From a virus, in the IMG/VR virus record IMGVR_UViG_3300028840_005080, positions 1 to 64,000 of that record: 64,000 nt of DNA; one strand, given 5' to 3'. The position numbers and the translations under genes were made by a program. Below are positions 57,904 through 64,000 of the stretch, piece by piece. Below the pieces are notes generated by a model that made no database searches, was not told the DNA's origin, and saw only the letters and a list, made by a program, of their open reading frames with translations. How positions within the stretch are numbered: position 1 is the first letter of the stretch; every line of letters begins with the position of its first letter.

Positions 57904-58118
57904 TCCAACAAACTTTCAAAATCGTATTTTTCATATTCAATGTTATAAAATTTTGCTGTTTGTATAATATTATAAATCCACCAATATTGAATTTCTTCGA
58001 GTGTTAATTTGTTGCCAAATATTCCGGACGTTTCATAAATAAATTTGTTTTTATCAGCACATAATGAAAACAGACTTTGAAGATAAATATCATTCAAATA
58101 GACTTCAAATTTTTTTTT
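57855..58118 (-). CDS. Tail assembly chaperone T-segment reached by -1 frameshift
   Basis: Slippery T TTA AAA AAA AA at about 58110..58121; the -1 frame reads KKKFEVYLNDIYLQ into ORF 57855..58097. Confidence 0.75.
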   Translation of the reverse strand, partial: KKKFEVYLNDIYLQSLFSLCADKNKFIYETSGIFGNKLTLEEIQYWWIYNIIQTAKFYNIEYEKYDFESLLECIKKEKTKRAKKLKK

Positions 58119-58723
58119 AAAGTAGGTCCTTTTGCGGTAAGGGTTGAAATTTTATCCGAAATTCTTTGACAAACCATCGGAAACATTGTTGATAACCAAA
58201 CTATGTCCGACCAATTTAACTTTGGGTCAACCATTCCGTATTTTATCAAAAGTAGTTGAAATTTTGCTTGGGGATTCATGTTTTTGACTTTTTTCAGAGC
58301 ATTTAATGTCTCACTTTCCACTTCTTCCTCTGATTTTGCGGATGCACTTGTTATTCCGTCGACAAGATTCTGAATTTGTTCATTAACATCCATTCGCGCT
58401 CTTATGTATGATGAAAAATCAATTCCTGAAACTTTTATTGTGACTACTTTTATTTCTTCTTTTTCAAGCTCTTTTATTTCTTTTTGGAGTTTTTCTATTC
58501 TTTTATTTGTTTTTTTTACATCTTCGTCTTTTTGAATTGTTGTTTTTAATTTTTCCAATTCCGTTCTTTTTTGTCTTAAATCCTCTTCCTTTTTATTTAA
58601 TTCTTCTATTGACAGAAGCCCCATAATCGGATTTAGTTCCGGAACTTCTATATCAACAATTTCTTTTTCAAATACATTGTCTTTTCTTGAAAATTTAGCT
58701 TTGTCAAGAAGGATTCTTTCCAT
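58094..58723 (-). CDS. Tail assembly chaperone (gpG-like)
   Basis: Lies between the major tail protein and the tape measure; ends at a slippery site. Confidence 0.8.
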   Translation of the reverse strand: MERILLDKAKFSRKDNVFEKEIVDIEVPELNPIMGLLSIEELNKKEEDLRQKRTELEKLKTTIQKDEDVKKTNKRIEKLQKEIKELEKEEIKVVTIKVSGIDFSSYIRARMDVNEQIQNLVDGITSASAKSEEEVESETLNALKKVKNMNPQAKFQLLLIKYGMVDPKLNWSDIVWLSTMFPMVCQRISDKISTLTAKGPTLKKNLKSI

Positions 58724-58759
58724 TATGCAGTCTTTCTTTTTAAGATAGGATTGTTTGAA

Positions 58760-58780
58760 TAGGGGGATTAATCCCCCCTA
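58760..58780 (-). terminator. GC hairpin after the major tail gene (weak terminator or mRNA stabiliser)
   Basis: GGGGGAT-TA-ATCCCCC stem; poor U tract. Confidence 0.5.
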
Positions 58781-58785
58781 ATTGT

Positions 58786-59829
58786 TTAACTAAGTTTCGC
58801 GTAAAGTTCTCCGTCCCCATTCACTGTTACAGCCGCATTAAGCGTATCTTCAACCGGGAAGTTTCGAGAAACAGTCCAAATTGCAAGGCCGGCATAATAC
58901 GGGGTTTCATCAGCATCCGGATAATGTTTGTACCATCTCTTTTTGTTTTTCAACAGAGACAATACGTCATTTACAGCGTTAAAATAAGCACTTCCGGAAC
59001 TCGACCAGCTTGGAGTTCCCAATGCTTTTTTGGATGCCGGATCGCGATATGCTCTTGATTCAATTACGGACACGTCTTCTGTGAAATTGAAATCATATGT
59101 ATCCGGAACTTCCTCAAAAATCGCGTCATAATATTGAGCGTAAACGTTTCTACGTGCTGTTCCCGATCCTGCTCCGTGTATCAACGGCAAAACAGATGCA
59201 AATTGAATACATCCGACATTTTGGGCGTCATTTCCACTTCCGTCATGATGAAGGATGGAAAAAGACGGAATATTAGCATATTCTTTTGTATCGCTATTGA
59301 TTTCGCCCGCTGTTACCGCAGCCGCACCGGAAACGCTTCCACCGTAATATGTCATTGTAACATATCCGATGAGAAATTCATTTTCCGGAATAAACGGAGG
59401 ACCGCCAGCAGCGCCTCTTGTAGAACTTGTATTCCCCTCTGTTCCCACTGTTTTATTGATAGTTCCGTTTGTATCAACACTAAGCGCTGTAACTTTCACA
59501 TAAGTAGCCGCTCCGGTAGGTCTTTCAAGATCGCTAATTGTTGTACCAGTAACTGTTACGGTTGATCCCAAAAGATACCCGGTTCCGGAACTCACATCCA
59601 CTTCGTTATTCCCACTACCCGCTGTTATTGTAAATCCGCTTACAACACCATCTAATCTTACTTCGGCTTGTCTGTCTTCATCATCACTAATGAATGTTGC
59701 AGATGTTACAAATTTTTTCCCAATATCAGCAGCGGGAGAGGACACAGTGCTTAGCACATTCCAAGGATAAAAGTCGGAACCAATTTCGGCTTCGATTTTT
59801 ACATCTTTCCCTGTTTTTCTTGTACCCAT
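58786..59829 (-). CDS. Major tail (tube) protein with a large internal insertion
   Basis: N-terminal TGKDVKI strand and C-terminal tube-like region (FNFTEDVSVIE...G..SWS.SG...VTVNGDGEL); position upstream of the chaperones. Confidence 0.8.
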   Translation of the reverse strand: MGTRKTGKDVKIEAEIGSDFYPWNVLSTVSSPAADIGKKFVTSATFISDDEDRQAEVRLDGVVSGFTITAGSGNNEVDVSSGTGYLLGSTVTVTGTTISDLERPTGAATYVKVTALSVDTNGTINKTVGTEGNTSSTRGAAGGPPFIPENEFLIGYVTMTYYGGSVSGAAAVTAGEINSDTKEYANIPSFSILHHDGSGNDAQNVGCIQFASVLPLIHGAGSGTARRNVYAQYYDAIFEEVPDTYDFNFTEDVSVIESRAYRDPASKKALGTPSWSSSGSAYFNAVNDVLSLLKNKKRWYKHYPDADETPYYAGLAIWTVSRNFPVEDTLNAAVTVNGDGELYAKLS

Positions 59830-59832
59830 TTT

Positions 59833-60663
59833 TTAACCTCCCACATATACCTCTTCCGTGACCAAAAGCGGAATAATTCGGTATCTAACCGGGAAACGCA
59901 AATTGTCGACGGTTATGGTATCAAATGTGTAATCAATTATATTTTTCCCTCTTTCTTCCGTAGGATTGTCATAACCCAACAGAACACTACAATCATTCGA
60001 AGCGCCAGCAGATACTGTGACATAGTTTTGCGGACCTTCGTAACTTTCGATTTTGAATTTATTTGTTTCTGAATCGAAAGTTACGGTCGCATCGAGATAT
60101 CCGTCATCACTATGCGTTCCAAGTGCTCTTAGAGATGTTTGAATGTTTGTAGCTATGGCAGATCCGCTTAAAGTGGAACTACCGCAATTTATATTGTTAT
60201 AACCGCTCGAAGTCTTTCCGTTGATAATTACGGTTATTGTTGATTGCGAAGGTGTAAGATCGAAAGTCGATCCGGTATTTGAATTGCTTTCGCTATAACC
60301 TTTTGTGTTATAATTCGTTATCAGATCATTTCCTAATTCTCTTATTGCGTTTTTTATATCATCCGTAAATTCAAGCAATCCTTTGTAAGTTGTTCCGCCA
60401 TCCGTATATCCGGTGATTATTTCGGATAGTTGTTTTTGAAACTCCATTCTTGCGTATATGTCTATTTGGTAAACAAATTCCGCAATGTCAGGATAACTTC
60501 TTTTTCCGGTTGCTTCCACTTCGTTCAAAGGTTCAAGGATTACGGTATAAGGTTGTCTCGGATAATTTTCTTTAAACGCTTTTTCGAAATTACTTACATA
60601 TGCCGCAAGCGTGGTGTTGTTGTTAAGTTGATTGTATATGGCATTGTAAACGTCTTTAAACAT
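59833..60663 (-). CDS. Tail terminator-like protein with an inserted beta domain
   Basis: AIYNQL...TLAAYV N-terminus; immediately upstream of the major tail protein. Confidence 0.6.
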   Translation of the reverse strand: MFKDVYNAIYNQLNNNTTLAAYVSNFEKAFKENYPRQPYTVILEPLNEVEATGKRSYPDIAEFVYQIDIYARMEFQKQLSEIITGYTDGGTTYKGLLEFTDDIKNAIRELGNDLITNYNTKGYSESNSNTGSTFDLTPSQSTITVIINGKTSSGYNNINCGSSTLSGSAIATNIQTSLRALGTHSDDGYLDATVTFDSETNKFKIESYEGPQNYVTVSAGASNDCSVLLGYDNPTEERGKNIIDYTFDTITVDNLRFPVRYRIIPLLVTEEVYVGG

Positions 60664-60834
60664 TGTTTTTCTTATTATAAAAAAGGTTGTAAGTATCTTT
60701 ATGGCTAAATTTTATTCCGTTGTTTTCGAAATGTTCTATAATGTTATAAATTTCCATACATCCGTCAACTATGTATTTTTTAAAACCAAACCATGGATAT
60801 TTATTTTTATATGCTCTTTTCGCAATAGGAATCA

Positions 60835-61395
60835 TTATACACCCAATCTTTTTTTAATCGTTTCATCGATCATTCTTTCAATATGCTCAACGTCGCTACC
60901 ACCTGGAATTCGTGAATATTTGTCACTAACTCCCAAATGAATCCTTGGTTGGATTTTGATATTAAATTCAACAGTTCTTCCGCTTGATTTTAATATCATT
61001 TTCGATTCGCCGCCTGTCTGAGTCAATGTGGCTCGTTCTTTCGCATTTCTTTTATAAAATATTTCAGCCTTGTTTTCACCCACTGTTTTCCATAATTCAT
61101 TTGCCATTCTTGTAGTGTTAACTGTCTGAAATTCCCACCCCTTGAATCGCCCGCCTTTAACTTTCTTTGTTGTCGGACCTGTAAGCGGGGAATTTTGCCC
61201 TTTCATGTCGGCATACCATTTTGGGTTTTCAGGCCATGGTTTCAATTCCGGATCGACTTTACGAGCGTATCCTATCTTTGCCGAATTTAGCAAAATTGTA
61301 GCCGCATCATCTAATATTTTTTGACGATCAAGCTGTGAAATACTTTTGAATGTTTGTCTGACTTCTTTGTCATCTATTTTTAGTTCGATAGCCAT
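60835..61395 (-). CDS. Tail completion / virion morphogenesis protein
   Basis: DP...PW, Q.GG and IQPRIHLGVS motifs. Confidence 0.7.
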   Translation of the reverse strand: MAIELKIDDKEVRQTFKSISQLDRQKILDDAATILLNSAKIGYARKVDPELKPWPENPKWYADMKGQNSPLTGPTTKKVKGGRFKGWEFQTVNTTRMANELWKTVGENKAEIFYKRNAKERATLTQTGGESKMILKSSGRTVEFNIKIQPRIHLGVSDKYSRIPGGSDVEHIERMIDETIKKRLGV

Positions 61396-61472
61396 TTTAA
61401 ATCATTGGGCATCCGTATACAAAAAACATCGATATAAAAAGTAGCATAAATCCTAATTTCGTTCTGTTCATA

Positions 61473-61847
61473 TTATTCCTTTCTTGAATGATATTTATCA
61501 TAATGTTCCTGATATCGTTCTTTTAGAGCATCTATACATACACGATTTTCCGTTATTTTACCTTCGATATATGTCCATTTTTCGACATTTCTTTTTTCGA
61601 AATTCTCATGCATTCCTCTTATCATATCACGCATATCTATTTTTTGGGCTTTATAACGTTCTTCGAGATCAGCTTTTACTTCCTGATAACGCGCATCCAT
61701 ATCGTCTTTAACTTCTTTATAGCGTCTGTTCATATCTTCTTTGACATGACGTGCCCAAAAAAAGATGGCTGTGAGGATTAATCCTGAAAAAGTTCCGTTT
61801 ATAATCCCCACAATTTTAATTACATCATATGTTGTTATCGGATTCAT
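61473..61847 (-). CDS. Single-TM coiled-coil protein (holin/anti-holin-like)
   Basis: N-terminal TM helix followed by charged heptads. Confidence 0.45.
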   Translation of the reverse strand: MNPITTYDVIKIVGIINGTFSGLILTAIFFWARHVKEDMNRRYKEVKDDMDARYQEVKADLEERYKAQKIDMRDMIRGMHENFEKRNVEKWTYIEGKITENRVCIDALKERYQEHYDKYHSRKE

Positions 61848-62195
61848 TTATTGTCTGATTTTTTCCATGTTATCATCATGCCCCGCATTAAACCAAGTTT
61901 CATACGCTTGAGTAGTAGTGACGCAACTTGTCAATTGAGCCACTGTGAATCCCGAAAACGAGGTTGCATCGATATCCGCTTGAATAAATTCATTTGCTTC
62001 GCCGCTGCTAAACGCAAGACTCGACCATTTTTGATCCATTTGTTTTGCATATTCGCGCACTTCGACCATCATATTTGCCAATGTTCGCATATCTGACAAA
62101 TAAGTTGCTTTTTGATCATCGATTAATGCTGCTCCTACAAGTCCTGCAAATCCGATTACGAGTACGAGTATCAATCCTACGATTTTTTCTTTCAT
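61848..62195 (-). CDS. Hypothetical protein with signal-like N-terminus
   Basis: GGGGG RBS; hydrophobic leader. Confidence 0.55.
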   Translation of the reverse strand: MKEKIVGLILVLVIGFAGLVGAALIDDQKATYLSDMRTLANMMVEVREYAKQMDQKWSSLAFSSGEANEFIQADIDATSFSGFTVAQLTSCVTTTQAYETWFNAGHDDNMEKIRQ

Positions 62196-62240
62196 TCCAA
62201 TCCCCCTTATGTGTATGAATTTATTATAATTTCAAATCCT

Positions 62241-63746
62241 TTACGATGTTGTCCCCATCAATCTCCATCTGTTTGCAATTGGATCGTGCCAAATTATACA
62301 CGAATCATTCTCAGTTAAGGTCAACGTACCAGGCAACGCAAATCTGTTTACGGTTGTTGATGTTAGCTGTTCGTGTAACAGACGTATGTTGTTTGTGCTT
62401 ATATTTATAAGGTGTATTTTTTTATTGGCCTGTTTTGCAATTCCGTTAATATCGACATTTGTCGTTGTATCTATTCTGATTATCCTTGCCGATGCCAATC
62501 CCGTTGGGTTCCAATCGTCCTGATCAGCGCTTAAAGCCGCCGGGGATATATACGATGATATGTATTCATCCTGAAAATCAAATGTTCTGTCAAGATCAAG
62601 GCGTGATTGATCTTCAACCCACGTAAACGTTGCATCATCGTTGAACCCGTTAAATGACAATGTGTAATCTATGTTAAATAGCCCTCGGCCGATTATCAGG
62701 TTTTTCCCTGATATTATGTTTGATCCGGTGGTCCTAATCTCCAATATGCCTGTTGAATCTGTTTCGAACGTTGAATATACAGAACCGCTATATCGGCTTC
62801 TCATTTGCGGCCCCGCTGTAGATATGAAATCCAATTTATTTAATGGGTTCGAGACACCAAATCCCACATCACCGTCCGTGTCAACAACGATAGAACTGGC
62901 AGGGGTTCCAGCCAGAAATGTCAATACGTTCGCGCCCCCTGTGACATCTCTGACGACGAACGCCTCAGCTGAATTCAAACCGAAATTCCATGTTCTATCT
63001 GTATTTGCAAGCTCCAGGTTAAACGCCGCCCCGTCGTTTTTTTCTGCCCGAAACGCAGTCGTACCAGTTGTGTATATGTGTAGCGTTCTCGTCGGGTCGA
63101 TATTTATTCCAATAGCATTGGAAGGCGCATCAACCCTTAAAACCGTATTTTCAACCCATGCGCTCCCATTCCAAAACAACGTATTTTGTGTCGCCGTGCC
63201 ATCGGCTATCAACACGTTGGCCGTCGCCGCCGTCACGCGTCCGAAGGAGTCAACAGTAATATCCGCGCTCGTGTATGATCCCGGGGTCACACCTGACGTA
63301 GCCATACCGATTGTCATTGACGGAAGCGCCAATGTTCCACCGCCTGTAATCGGTGATGTGACGTTCACCTGAAACGCCTCACAAGCTATTTGACACGCGT
63401 CACCGTTCGGATCGTATACCGACGTGTACATGTCACCTCCGCCAGCGCCATTTGTTGCTGCTGTTATTTGCCCTTGCGCATTAACGCTGATATTTGCAGA
63501 TGTATAATCTCCGGGCGTTACAGTTGTATTTGAAATATCTATTGTTCTATCAGCGGACAAATCGCCTCCGCCTTCAAGCCCGATTCCGGCTATTATTTGA
63601 CGTGATTCTGAAACACCGCTTGATTCCTGAACATAATCAAAAGCATTTGTGTATGGATTGAAAACCGTTTTATATGGCTGTGCATCGCTTTTTTGCGCGA
63701 TACATACAAACGCAATCAATATCGATATGTAGAATATCTTTTTCAT
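62241..63746 (-). CDS. Tail fibre-like protein
   Basis: FNPYT..FD, G.GL.GGGDLSADRTI, repeated VTPG.YTSA.I.V...G..TAAT, G.VG.G...P...L repeats; GC-richer than the genome. Confidence 0.8.
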   Translation of the reverse strand: MKKIFYISILIAFVCIAQKSDAQPYKTVFNPYTNAFDYVQESSGVSESRQIIAGIGLEGGGDLSADRTIDISNTTVTPGDYTSANISVNAQGQITAATNGAGGGDMYTSVYDPNGDACQIACEAFQVNVTSPITGGGTLALPSMTIGMATSGVTPGSYTSADITVDSFGRVTAATANVLIADGTATQNTLFWNGSAWVENTVLRVDAPSNAIGINIDPTRTLHIYTTGTTAFRAEKNDGAAFNLELANTDRTWNFGLNSAEAFVVRDVTGGANVLTFLAGTPASSIVVDTDGDVGFGVSNPLNKLDFISTAGPQMRSRYSGSVYSTFETDSTGILEIRTTGSNIISGKNLIIGRGLFNIDYTLSFNGFNDDATFTWVEDQSRLDLDRTFDFQDEYISSYISPAALSADQDDWNPTGLASARIIRIDTTTNVDINGIAKQANKKIHLINISTNNIRLLHEQLTSTTVNRFALPGTLTLTENDSCIIWHDPIANRWRLMGTTS

Positions 63747-63937
63747 TTTATATATTCCTGCCTACTACCAAGCGAATCTTTTTCTATGTGTACATCGAAT
63801 TCAATTATGTATTCAGTCAATGAACTCGGATCAACACCCGCAAAAAGAACGCTATCATTAGATACATCTCTGAAAATAGCAAAATGGATACAGCAACTCA
63901 TGCTTGTAATAGTATAAAAACAGATTCCATCATCCAT
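63743..63937 (-). CDS. Small hypothetical protein (probable start MDDG)
   Basis: An upstream frame (...DALEYIIDG*) enters from beyond the window edge and ends over this ATG. Confidence 0.35.
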   Translation of the reverse strand: MDDGICFYTITSMSCCIHFAIFRDVSNDSVLFAGVDPSSLTEYIIEFDVHIEKDSLGSRQEYIK

Positions 63938-64000
63938 CGATAATATATTCAAGAGCATCATAATCATCAGCTTTATGAACAAAGTCATTATTTCCATTTG

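Noticed and set aside
393-63746. Alternative genetic code (stop-codon reassignment)
   Set aside because: Long conserved genes are intact in code 11 and all three stop codons end genes. The few broken genes are explained by indels or isolated stops.
1689-64000. Numerous plus-strand ORFs of 60-230 aa in the ORF track
   Set aside because: They overlap well-supported minus-strand genes or structured gaps, show Phe/Ile/Ser-rich antisense composition, and have no recognisable motifs.

Overview
This 64-kb window is part of an AT-rich tailed-phage genome (siphovirus-type: long tape measure, no sheath gene). Almost every gene is on the minus strand. Reading in the direction of transcription (right to left), it contains: (1) the distal structural module at 48.5-64 kb, with tail fibre, tail completion and terminator proteins, major tail protein, frameshifted tail chaperones, a 1588-aa tape measure and tail-tip proteins; (2) early genes and a self-encoded bacterial-type replisome and recombination set at 20.5-47.7 kb, with SNF2/HARP helicase, primase, iteron-bearing initiator, RNA ligase, DnaB, beta clamp, DnaE fused to a family-4 UDG, DnaX, UvsY-, gp32- and RecA-like proteins, 5'-3' exonuclease, endonuclease VII and a split SbcC with SbcD; (3) a DNA-modification cluster at 14.5-19.7 kb (helicase, glycosyltransferase-radical SAM fusion, amino-methyltransferase, MazG); and (4) two tRNAs, a TerS-like gene, a second radical SAM gene with two motif-sharing neighbours, and many small accessory genes. 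The terminase large subunit is the only credible plus-strand gene. It has its own promoter and lies between ~317-bp direct repeats. The strongest leads are two perfect chromosomal-type parS sites hidden in coding sequence (together with an RHH-initiator-iteron replicon), the GT-A/radical SAM fusion, the radical SAM plus 'IHS...(N/S)SS' gene trio, and four structured intergenic RNA candidates, one with complementary (kissing) loops. All functional calls come from motif recognition by eye; no searches were run.
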